Assembly (NCBI GenBank): GCA_963783105.1
Contig: CAWAMI010000003.1
Location: 97,812-121,811 of the forward strand
Source: an uncultured Actinomycetota bacterium
GTDB lineage: Bacteria > Actinomycetota > Actinomycetes > Frankiales > Frankiaceae
Direction: 5' to 3'
DNA length: 24,000 nt
Shown: piece by piece, positions 16,241-23,690 of the stretch
Layout of the letters: every line of letters begins with the position of its first letter
How positions within the stretch are numbered: the first letter of the stretch is position 1
Translations under genes and position numbers: made by a program
Notes under the pieces: model-generated
What the model saw: only the letters and a program-made list of their open reading frames with translations
Database searches by the model: none
Told to the model about the DNA's origin: nothing

Positions 16241-17032
16241 GTGTCCATCGCCAGCGGACCTGCGGAGCGTGTGGTCGAGCGGCCGAGGGCCGGGACCGCG
16301 CGGCGGTTGCGTGTGTTGAACATCGCCGCGTTCGTGTTCCTCGCCCTCGAGGGTGTCTACATGGTGGTGGCGAGCAACGACCTCTCGCTCCCGGTGACCG
16401 CGTCGTTCCTGCGGGACGACCCTGTCCGCGCCGCCGGTCCGACGTTGCCGGAGACGGTGTTCTCGCTGCGCATCGGCCCGGCCGTCGCCTTCTTCCTGCT
16501 GCTCGCGGCGGCCGATCACGCCCTGGTCGCTGCGCCCGGCGTGCACCGCTGGTACGAGCGGTGCCTCGACCGTGGCGTCAACTACGCCCGCTGGATCGAG
16601 TACTCGGTGAGCGCCTCGGTCATGATCGTGCTCATCGGCCTGTTCGTGGGGATCCGCGACCTCGCAGCCGTTGCGGCGGTGTTCGCGGCGAACACCGCGA
16701 TGATCCTGTTCGGGCTCCTGATGGAGCGTCAGCAGCGCCCCGGCAGCGCCGACTGGAGCGCGTTCTGGTTCGGATCGCTCGTCGGCGCGGTGCCGTGGGT
16801 GCTGATTGTGGTCTACCTGCTGCGGCCGCCGACGGTGCCGGGCTTCGTGTACGTGATCACGGCCGTGCAGTTCGTGTTGTTCTTCAGCTTCGCGGCGAAC
16901 ATGGCGCTGCAGTACGCGCGTGTCGGCCGGTGGCGGGACTACGTGCACGGCGAGGTCACCTACGTCGTGCTGAGCCTGACCGCGAAGTCGCTGCTCGCCT
17001 GGCTCATCTTCGCGAACGTGCTCCGGACGTGA
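16241..17032 (+). CDS. Heliorhodopsin (seven-TM retinal-binding protein, inverted-topology rhodopsin family), ~263 aa
   Basis: The translation aligns by hand over its full length to heliorhodopsin 48C12 as I remember it (RWIEYSVSASVMIVLIG..., FWFGSLVGAVPWVLIVVYL, VPGFVY..., YVVLSLTAKSLLAWLIF). The Schiff-base Lys codon is AAG 16985-16987 and the counterion Glu codon is GAG 16598-16600. GTG 16241 follows GGGAGG (16231-16236). GTG 16223 is an in-frame alternative start. Codon usage is native high-GC3. Confidence 0.85.
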   Translation: MSIASGPAERVVERPRAGTARRLRVLNIAAFVFLALEGVYMVVASNDLSLPVTASFLRDDPVRAAGPTLPETVFSLRIGPAVAFFLLLAAADHALVAAPGVHRWYERCLDRGVNYARWIEYSVSASVMIVLIGLFVGIRDLAAVAAVFAANTAMILFGLLMERQQRPGSADWSAFWFGSLVGAVPWVLIVVYLLRPPTVPGFVYVITAVQFVLFFSFAANMALQYARVGRWRDYVHGEVTYVVLSLTAKSLLAWLIFANVLRT

Positions 17033-17045
17033 GCGAGCCGCCCGG

Positions 17046-18014
17046 TCAGCCGAAGAGCGGGAACGCCCGGCGCCGGGCGAGTGCGTCCATGCCCTCCTGG
17101 ATGCTGTCCTGCACCTGCCGGTAGATCTGCTCGATGTACTCGTCGTCGTCCAGGCGGGCCGGGTCGGGGTCGACGTACACCGGCGGCCGCAGCAGGGTCC
17201 GGATCTTGGCGGGCAGCGGGATCTGGGGCAGCGCCGCCGGGGCGATACCCCAGGGCAACGACACCGCGATCGGGAAGACCTTGAGTCGGAGCGCGCGGTC
17301 GAGCTTCAGCATCCGGGACAACCGGTCGCCGCGGATGAGGACCGGCATCGCGTCGGCGCCGCCGACGGTGGCGATCGGCACGATCGGTACCCCGGTCTGG
17401 ATCGCGAGGCGCACGAAGCCCTTCCGCTCCGCGAGGTTCGCCTCGTCCCGCTCCTTCCAGGGCCGCAGGGAGTCGACCTCCCCACCCGGCCACAGCGCCA
17501 CGTCGCGGCCCTCCGCGAGCGCGGTGGTGATGGCGTCCGGCGCCGCGGGGAGTACCCCCATCGAGCGGAAGAAGCGGCCGATCAGCGGCATCGCCATCAG
17601 CGCGTCGTGCGCCGTGCCGTGCAGCGGGCGCTTCTCCCCGAAGTGTCGCCACCACTGCACGCCCACCGTCCAGGCGTCCCAGACGAACGGTGCTCCCGAG
17701 TGGATGCCGATCAGCAGGACGGGCGCGTCGGGGAGGTTCTCCCAGCCTTCCATCTCCATCCGGAACCAGTACTGCATCAGCGGGTTCCAGAAGAACTTCT
17801 GCCGCTGCATCGCCTGCTCGTCGGTGCCGTCCAGCGTCCACTTGCCGGCCCGTTCGGACAGCCACCCGGAGACACCGCCCTGCACCTGTTCGCGCTTGGC
17901 GCTCATGCGCTCGCGAGCGTGCTCGGCGTACTGCGCCGCCTGGCGCTGGACGTCCTCGGAGCGGGTCGGGTCGTTCGGCACGGGTTCTCCCACGGCAAGG
18001 CTGTAGCCCGGCAT
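17046..18014 (-). CDS. Lysophospholipid acyltransferase (LPLAT/PlsC-MGAT-like) superfamily protein (322 aa)
   Basis: The pattern PVLLIGIHSGAPFVWD ... ALWPGGEVDSLRP ... RKGFVRLAIQTGVPIVPIATVGG resembles LPLAT acyltransferase blocks (catalytic His block, the PGG-E block, and the [VI]P[IV]xP block). ATG 18014 has no strong RBS. The gene converges on the heliorhodopsin gene, with 13 nt between the stops. Confidence 0.6.
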   Translation of the reverse strand: MPGYSLAVGEPVPNDPTRSEDVQRQAAQYAEHARERMSAKREQVQGGVSGWLSERAGKWTLDGTDEQAMQRQKFFWNPLMQYWFRMEMEGWENLPDAPVLLIGIHSGAPFVWDAWTVGVQWWRHFGEKRPLHGTAHDALMAMPLIGRFFRSMGVLPAAPDAITTALAEGRDVALWPGGEVDSLRPWKERDEANLAERKGFVRLAIQTGVPIVPIATVGGADAMPVLIRGDRLSRMLKLDRALRLKVFPIAVSLPWGIAPAALPQIPLPAKIRTLLRPPVYVDPDPARLDDDEYIEQIYRQVQDSIQEGMDALARRRAFPLFG

Positions 18015-18129
18015 CCCGGCCGGGTCCGTTGTCTCCTGCTTTGTGCGACAGGAGCAGCGGCAGCAAACACTGCGCGGGGGAGAGGCCGAACAGGGCCTGC
18101 CGGACGTCGACGGGCGGCGACGGGTGTCG

Positions 18130-19659
18130 TCAGTGGCTGCTGAGTTGTCCCGCGAGCCGGCCGTGCATGCGGGCGGACGGGTCGTTCAGGCCGACGATCT
18201 CGACGGTCTTGCCGCGCCGCAGGTACTTGGTCGTGATCGCGTCGAGAGCTGCCACCGACGAGGCGTCCCAGACGTGTGCCTGCGACATGTCGATCAGGAC
18301 CCGGGCAGGGTCGTGGGCGTAGTCGAACTGGGTGATGAGGTCGTTGCTGGAGGCGAAGAACACCTGTCCGTGCACCGAGTAGATGACCTCGGTCCCGTCG
18401 GGGTCCGTGACGCTGGTGACCTCGACGAGGTGCGCGACGCGCCGGGCGAACAGCATCATCGCCACCAGGGTTCCGGTGACGACGCCGTAGGCGAGGTTGC
18501 CGGTGGCGACCACGACGGCGACGGTCACGACCATGACCGCCGTCTCGCTCTTCGGCATGCGCCGCAGGGTGGACGGGGAGACGCTGTGCCAGTCGAAGGT
18601 GAGGCCGGCGACGACGATCATCACCGCGACCAACGCGGCCATCGGGATGGCGCCGACCAGCGGGCCGAGTGCGACGACGAGGACGAGCAGGAACACGCCG
18701 GCGAGGAACGTCGACAACCGGGTGCGGGCACCGGACGTCCGCACGTTGATCATGGTCTGGCCGATCATCGCGCAGCCACCCATACCGCCGAAGAACCCGG
18801 TGACGATGTTGGCGACGCCCTGACCCCAGGACTCGCGGATCTTGTTCGAAGGGGTGTCGGTGATGTCGTCGACCAGTCGGGCGGTCATCAACGACTCCAT
18901 CAGGCCGACCAGCGCAAGTGCGAGCGCGTACGGGGCGAGCAGCCTCAGCGTCGCGAGATCGTAGGGCACGTCGGGCAGGCCGGGGCGGGGGAGGGAGGTC
19001 GGTAGCGCTCCCTCGTCGCCGACGGTGGGGACCGTGATCGCGGCCGCCGCCGTCAGTCCGGTCAGCACGACGATGGCGATCAGCGGTGCGGGGATCGCCG
19101 TGGTGAGGCGGGGCAGCCCGACGATGAGGACCAGGCCGAGGGCCACCAGCGGGTAGACGATCCACGGCACGGCGGTCAGGTGTGGCAACTGGGCCAGGAA
19201 GATCAGGATCGCCAGCGCGTTGACGAAGCCGACCATGACGCTCCGGGGGACGAAGCGCATGAGCTTGGGAACGCCCAGCGCACCGAGGGCCACCTGGATC
19301 AGCCCGCCGAGGATCACCGCCGCGACGAGATAGCCGAGACCGTGGTCGCGGGCGAGCGGGGCGACGACCAGCGCGACCGCGCCCGTCGCCGCGGAGATCA
19401 TCGCGGGTCGGCCGCCGGTGAAGGCGATGGTGACCGCCATCGTGAAGGAGGCGAACAGTCCGACCCGCGGGTCGACGCCGGCGAGGATCGAGAACGAGAT
19501 CGCTTCCGGGATCAATGCCAGCGCGACCACCAGCCCGGCCAGGACCTCGGTCCGGAGCACGCGCGGCGTGGCCCACGCGGGACGGGACAGCGCCGGCCGT
19601 CGAGGCGAGGCCGGGTCGGGCGAGGGCGAGTTCGGGGACAGCGGGGACAGCAGGGACAT
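18130..19659 (-). CDS. SulP-family inorganic anion (sulfate/bicarbonate-type) transporter with a C-terminal STAS domain (509 aa)
   Basis: The N-terminal core [23 protein letters not shown] and a polytopic body are followed by a STAS-like tail ([17 protein letters not shown] ... [13 protein letters not shown] ... VEIVGLN). I prefer ATG 19659. The track start at 19743 is a TTG. Confidence 0.85.
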   Translation of the reverse strand: MSLLSPLSPNSPSPDPASPRRPALSRPAWATPRVLRTEVLAGLVVALALIPEAISFSILAGVDPRVGLFASFTMAVTIAFTGGRPAMISAATGAVALVVAPLARDHGLGYLVAAVILGGLIQVALGALGVPKLMRFVPRSVMVGFVNALAILIFLAQLPHLTAVPWIVYPLVALGLVLIVGLPRLTTAIPAPLIAIVVLTGLTAAAAITVPTVGDEGALPTSLPRPGLPDVPYDLATLRLLAPYALALALVGLMESLMTARLVDDITDTPSNKIRESWGQGVANIVTGFFGGMGGCAMIGQTMINVRTSGARTRLSTFLAGVFLLVLVVALGPLVGAIPMAALVAVMIVVAGLTFDWHSVSPSTLRRMPKSETAVMVVTVAVVVATGNLAYGVVTGTLVAMMLFARRVAHLVEVTSVTDPDGTEVIYSVHGQVFFASSNDLITQFDYAHDPARVLIDMSQAHVWDASSVAALDAITTKYLRRGKTVEIVGLNDPSARMHGRLAGQLSSH

Positions 19660-19928
19660 GGGCCCGTTTCTCTCGTGCGCCGTTCGGGGCGCGGTGGTGT
19701 GACCGGACCCCGGCGGCGGCACGGGCGAACGTTCACGGAGCAAGGACGTTCCGGCCGCCGGACTCGTGGGCGGGGAACGACGGGGCGACGCGCTCAGGCG
19801 CGAGCGCTCGCCTCCTAGGAGCGCAAACCTATCGTCACGTCAGGGTTGGGATGAAGCCCCGGGCGGCGGAAGTGACGGCGCTCATGGTCCGCCCGGCGCG
19901 GCTGATCCGCCCGGCGCTGCCCCCGGGT

Positions 19929-20333
19929 TCATCTGCTCGCGCTCCGCGCATGGAGCTCCTCGCGCAACCGTCCCGCGAAGGACTCCGCCGTCACGAGCTG
20001 GGCGCGCAGGGCCTCGCAGCGCTGCTCCGCCGCCTCCACGTACATCTGCATCCGGTCGATGAGTCGCCGGCGCCGCTCCCCGCGTCCGGCCGCCGCCAGC
20101 TGGTCACGCAGCTTCAGCAGGTCGCGCATCTCCTCGAGGCTGAACTCGAGCGGCTTCATGTGCTTGATGAGCGCGAGGCGCTCGACGTCCGCCTGCGTGT
20201 AGAGCCGGAAGCCGCCGGCGGTCCGGGCGCTCGGTACGACGAGTTCCATCTCCTCGTAGTAGCGGATGGTGCGGATGGACAGCTGCGTTCGTTCCGCAAC
20301 CTGCCCGATCTGCAGCAGACCCTCGTCGACCAC
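19929..20333 (-). CDS. MerR-family transcriptional regulator (134 aa)
   Basis: The HTH is LLQIGQVAERTQLSIRTIRYYEEMELV, followed by GFRLY and a coiled-coil C-terminus. I prefer GTG 20333 because AAGGA lies 6 nt upstream and the HTH then starts at residue ~6. GTG 20369 is an in-frame alternative. Confidence 0.85.
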   Translation of the reverse strand: MVDEGLLQIGQVAERTQLSIRTIRYYEEMELVVPSARTAGGFRLYTQADVERLALIKHMKPLEFSLEEMRDLLKLRDQLAAAGRGERRRRLIDRMQMYVEAAEQRCEALRAQLVTAESFAGRLREELHARSASR

Positions 20334-20361
20334 GCGCTGTCCTTGTCCGTCGTGCGACTCA

Positions 20362-20392
20362 ACCCTCACGTAACGGTATCTTCAGTGAGGGT
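20362..20392. promoter_or_regulatory. Dyad ACCCTCAC-N15-GTGAGGGT in the merR/prfC divergent region, a candidate MerR operator
   Basis: Perfect 8-bp inverted arms lie at 20362-20369 and 20385-20392. A -10-like TATCTT (20377-20382) sits within the spacer. The dyad is 36 nt upstream of the prfC ATG. Confidence 0.45.
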
Positions 20393-20427
20393 CGTGCCGA
20401 CGGGCGCGAAACGCAAGGAGGTCGTTG

Positions 20428-22044
20428 ATGTCCGCCCCCGCACGAAGCCCCGACGTCCGGACAGCGCTGGAGGAAGCTGCCCGGCGGCGGACGTTCGCCG
20501 TCATCAGCCACCCCGACGCCGGCAAGTCCACGCTCACCGAGGCGCTGGCGCTGCACGCCCGGGTCATCGCCGAGGCCGGAGCCGTGCACGGCAAGGGCGG
20601 ACGGCGCGGTGTCGTCTCCGACTGGCTGGACATGGAGCGGGCCCGCGGCATCTCCATCTCCTCCGCCGCGCTGCAGTTCGGCTACGGGGACACCGTCATC
20701 AACCTGCTCGACACCCCGGGCCACGCCGACTTCTCCGAGGACACCTATCGCGTGCTGGCTGCCGTCGACGCCGCCGTGATGCTGATCGACGCGGCGAAGG
20801 GGCTCGAACCGCAGACGCTGAAGCTGTTCGAGGTGTGCCGGTACCGGCGCATCCCCGTCATCACCTTCGTCAACAAGTGGGACCGTCCCGGGCGCGAGGC
20901 CCTCGCCCTCGCCGACGAGCTGAGCGAGCGTCTCGGGCTGCACCCGACGCCGCTCACCTGGCCCGTCGGGGTCGCCGGGGAGTTCGACGGCGTGCTCGAC
21001 CGACGGACCGGCGGCTACGTCCGCTTCACCCGGACCGCGGGAGGCGCCACGGCCGCGCCGGAGGAGTACCTGTCGCCCGACGAGGCTCGCCAGCAGGCCG
21101 GGGAGGCCTGGCGCGCCACCCTCGAGGAGAGCGACCTGCTGTCCGCCGCCGGCCACGACTACGACGGCGAGGCCTTTCTCGCCGGGACCGCCACTCCGCT
21201 GCTGTTCGGATCCGCGGTGCAGAACTTCGGGGTCCGTCAGCTGCTCGACCTGCTCCTCGAACTCGCGCCGCCGCCGACCGAGCGGGTCGACGTCGACGGC
21301 AATCCACGGGCCCTGCACGCGCCCTTCTCCGGCTTCGTGTTCAAGGTGCAGGCCGGCATGGACGCCGCGCACCGCGACCGTCTCGCCTTCCTCCGGGTCT
21401 GCTCCGGCGTGTTCGAACGCGGGATGGTCGTCACCCACGGCGCGACCGGGCGACCGTTCGCGACGAAATACGCGCAGGCCGTGTTCGGGCGGGAGCGCGC
21501 CACCATCGACGTCGCCTACCCGGGCGACGTCGTCGGGTTGGTCAACGCCGCAGCGCTTCGGGTCGGGGATTCGCTCTACGTCGACCAGCCGGTGACCTTC
21601 CCCCCGATCCCGTCCTTCGCCCCGGAGCACTTTGCGGTCGCCCGATCCGCCGACGCCGGCCGCTACAAGCAGTTCCGACGCGGCATCGAGCAACTCGAGC
21701 AGGAGGGCGTCATCCAGCTGCTGCGCTCCGACCTGCGCGGCGAGCAGGCTCCGGTGTTCGCCGTCGTCGGTCCGATGCAGTTCGAGGTCGCCGAACATCG
21801 GATGGCGAACGAGTTCACCGCCCCGATCCGGCTGGAACGCCTCGACTACACGATCGCCCGGAGCATCGCGCCGGAGGACGTCGCGACGATCCAGGGGGAG
21901 CCGAGGGTCGAGGTGCTGACGCGCAGCGACGGCGAGCTCCTCGCCCTGTTCCCCGACAAGTGGCGGCTGGCCAGCGTCCAGCGGGCGCATCCCGACGTCC
22001 AGCTGCGCCCGTTGCTCGCCGAGAACCCGGACGACGACCGCTGA
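20428..22044 (+). CDS. prfC: Peptide chain release factor 3 (translational GTPase RF3), 538 aa
   Basis: ATG 20428 is preceded by AAGGAGG (20415-20421). The GTPase motifs are AVISHPDAGKST, DTPGHADF and NKWDR. The RF3-typical SDWLDMERARGISISS string and a full-length ~540-aa architecture are present. Confidence 0.9.
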   Translation: MSAPARSPDVRTALEEAARRRTFAVISHPDAGKSTLTEALALHARVIAEAGAVHGKGGRRGVVSDWLDMERARGISISSAALQFGYGDTVINLLDTPGHADFSEDTYRVLAAVDAAVMLIDAAKGLEPQTLKLFEVCRYRRIPVITFVNKWDRPGREALALADELSERLGLHPTPLTWPVGVAGEFDGVLDRRTGGYVRFTRTAGGATAAPEEYLSPDEARQQAGEAWRATLEESDLLSAAGHDYDGEAFLAGTATPLLFGSAVQNFGVRQLLDLLLELAPPPTERVDVDGNPRALHAPFSGFVFKVQAGMDAAHRDRLAFLRVCSGVFERGMVVTHGATGRPFATKYAQAVFGRERATIDVAYPGDVVGLVNAAALRVGDSLYVDQPVTFPPIPSFAPEHFAVARSADAGRYKQFRRGIEQLEQEGVIQLLRSDLRGEQAPVFAVVGPMQFEVAEHRMANEFTAPIRLERLDYTIARSIAPEDVATIQGEPRVEVLTRSDGELLALFPDKWRLASVQRAHPDVQLRPLLAENPDDDR

Positions 22045-22051
22045 GCCCCGG

Positions 22052-22079
22052 CCCGGGACGTGCCCAGCGGGCAGCCGGG
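22052..22079. terminator. Imperfect GC hairpin between convergent stops, a possible bidirectional terminator
   Basis: CCCGG (22052-22056) pairs with CCGGG (22075-22079). The inner stem TGCCC-agc-GGGCA spans 22061-22073. There is no U-tract. Confidence 0.25.
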
Positions 22080-22080
22080 A

Positions 22081-23550
22081 TCAGGAACCCCGCCGACGGG
22101 CAGCGGACCGGTCCAGCCTGGCTCGTCGGAGCCGGACGACGGCCCGCAGCGCCGACCGGGGCGCGGGACGGGCGAGTCCCGACATGACGTCGGCGACGGC
22201 CGGGTTCCAGACCGCGTCGTTGTAGGTGGGGTAGGCGTGCGTGGTGCCGGCCAGGTCCCGCGTACTCAGCCCTCGGCGGACCGCGACGGTCAGCTCGCCG
22301 AGGGATTCCCCGGCCCGGGGACCGACGATGGTCCCTCCGACGACCCGGCCACGGCGGTCGACCGCGAGGGTGGTGAACCCGGCGGTGTCGTCGTCGGTCA
22401 CCGCCCGGTCCGCGTGTTCGTGGTCCCACGTCAGCTCGCTCAGCCCCTTGGCCGGCGGTCCGCCGGTGCCGGCTCCGACGGCGGCGACCTCGGGCGAGGT
22501 GTAGGTCACGCGGGGCACGGTCCGGTCGATGCTGCGATGCAGACCGAGCACGGCGTTGGTGGCGGCAACGCTGCCGTGGACGCCCGCGACGTGGGTGAGA
22601 TGCGGCGGGCCGGTGACGTCGCCCGCGGCCCAGATGTGGGGGTTCGAGGTCCGCCGCTGGTCGTCGACGACGACCGTGCCGTCCGCGTCGAGTCGCACTC
22701 CGGCGGCCGTGCAGCCGAGTCCCTCGGTGCGCGCCCGCCGTCCCGCGGCGATCAGCAGGCGGTCGTAGCCGAGTACGGTGCCGTCGTCGAGCTGCAGTTC
22801 TCCCGCCGGGCCGGCGCTCCTGACCTGGGCAGCTCCCCGGCCCAGGTACAGCCGGGCGCCGTCGGCGCGAAGGGCGTCGGCAACGATCGTCGAGGCGCGC
22901 GGGTCCTCGAGCGGCAGCAGCCGGTCGGCGCCGTCGACGATGGTGACCGAGGCGCCGAGCCGGGCGAACGCCTGTCCGAGCTCGCAGCCGGTCGGTCCGC
23001 CGCCGAGCACGACGAGACGGTCCGGCAACTCGGTCAGCCTCCACACGGTGTCGCTGGTCAGGGTGCCGGCGGCTGCTTCTGCCAGGCCGGGCACGGGTGG
23101 AACGAGCGGGCCCGCTCCGGTGGCGATCAGTGCGGTGCGGAAGCGGACCGGGGAACCCGCGACGTCGGCCTCGTCCGGTCCGGTGAACACGGCGCTGCCG
23201 ACCCTGACGGTGACCCCGGCACGCTCGAGTGCCTCGACGGAGTCATCGGGCTCGATCGTGGCGATGGCGGCGTGCACGTGGTTCATCACCGCGGCGAAGT
23301 CGACGTCGACGTCGCGAACCCGCACCCCGAGCCGGTGGGCGGCCCGGGCGTTTGCGGTCGCCGACGCCGCCGCCAGCAGCGCCTTGGACGGCACGCAGCC
23401 GGTCCACAAGCAGTCCCCGCCGGTCCGGTCCCGCTCGACGAGCAGTACCCGCGCGCCGAGTGCGGCCGCGGTCCTCGCACCGACGATGCCGGCGGTGCCG
23501 CCGCCGACGACCAGGAGGTCCCAGCGATCGGACGCGTCCCCGCGGGTCAT
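22081..23550 (-). CDS. Class I pyridine nucleotide-disulfide oxidoreductase (dihydrolipoyl dehydrogenase / mercuric reductase-like flavoprotein)
   Basis: The FAD-binding fold is DLLVVGGGTAGIVGA. The redox-active disulfide is GGDCLWTGCVPSK. The second Rossmann fold is LVVLGGGPTGCELG. The dimerisation-domain string is THAYPTYND. I chose ATG 23550; GTG 23598 is an alternative, and neither has a clear RBS. An Arg-rich ~40-aa C-terminal tail is present. Confidence 0.8.
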   Translation of the reverse strand: MTRGDASDRWDLLVVGGGTAGIVGARTAAALGARVLLVERDRTGGDCLWTGCVPSKALLAAASATANARAAHRLGVRVRDVDVDFAAVMNHVHAAIATIEPDDSVEALERAGVTVRVGSAVFTGPDEADVAGSPVRFRTALIATGAGPLVPPVPGLAEAAAGTLTSDTVWRLTELPDRLVVLGGGPTGCELGQAFARLGASVTIVDGADRLLPLEDPRASTIVADALRADGARLYLGRGAAQVRSAGPAGELQLDDGTVLGYDRLLIAAGRRARTEGLGCTAAGVRLDADGTVVVDDQRRTSNPHIWAAGDVTGPPHLTHVAGVHGSVAATNAVLGLHRSIDRTVPRVTYTSPEVAAVGAGTGGPPAKGLSELTWDHEHADRAVTDDDTAGFTTLAVDRRGRVVGGTIVGPRAGESLGELTVAVRRGLSTRDLAGTTHAYPTYNDAVWNPAVADVMSGLARPAPRSALRAVVRLRRARLDRSAARRRGS

Positions 23551-23626
23551 CGCTGCCGGGTTCTGCAGGCGTTGTGGATCATCAAGGGTTCCCTTCACGC
23601 GGTGGGCGGGACCGAAAGGTTCGAGC

Positions 23627-23656
23627 GGTGGTGTGCAGCCACCAGGCGACTGGTGG
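23627..23656. promoter_or_regulatory. Three-arm repeat GGTGG ... CCACCAG-gcga-CTGGTGG in a divergent promoter region
   Basis: The 18-bp element CCACCAGGCGACTGGTGG (23639-23656) has perfect 7-bp arms. An extra GGTGG at 23627-23631 can pair with the same CCACC. Confidence 0.3.
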
Positions 23657-23690
23657 AACGAAGCCTGCCGAGAACCGCGTTCCCCCGTGT

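Noticed and set aside
14769-16948. N-terminal extensions of the 766-aa and 712-aa minus-strand ORFs
   Set aside because: Upstream of the lipoprotein signal peptides the translations become low-complexity. Beyond 16032 they are antisense to the heliorhodopsin gene. RBS-supported starts at 14768 and 15985 give proper signal peptides.
18033-18054. Hairpin CTCCTG-N10-CAGGAG between the SulP stop and the acyltransferase start, as a terminator
   Set aside because: It has only a 6-bp stem, a 10-nt loop and no U-tract on the transcribed (minus) strand, so it is not distinguishable from chance in GC-rich DNA.
8419-19659. Idea that the sulfatase/anSME pair and the SulP transporter form one sulfur-acquisition locus
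   Set aside because: They are separated by ~7 kb containing five unrelated genes on mixed strands. SulP substrates cannot be inferred from sequence alone.
19835-19885. 16-codon minus-strand sORF (MSAVTSAARGFIPTLT) in the merR-sulP gap, a possible leader peptide
   Set aside because: It has no convincing RBS, and there is no compositional or conservation evidence available. It is indistinguishable from chance at this length.
19515-23044. 890-aa (+), 543-aa (-) and 409-aa (-) ORFs across the merR, prfC and oxidoreductase genes
   Set aside because: These are extremely Arg/Pro/Gly-rich with no domain-like sequence. They overlap genes that carry clear GTPase and flavoprotein motifs in other frames.
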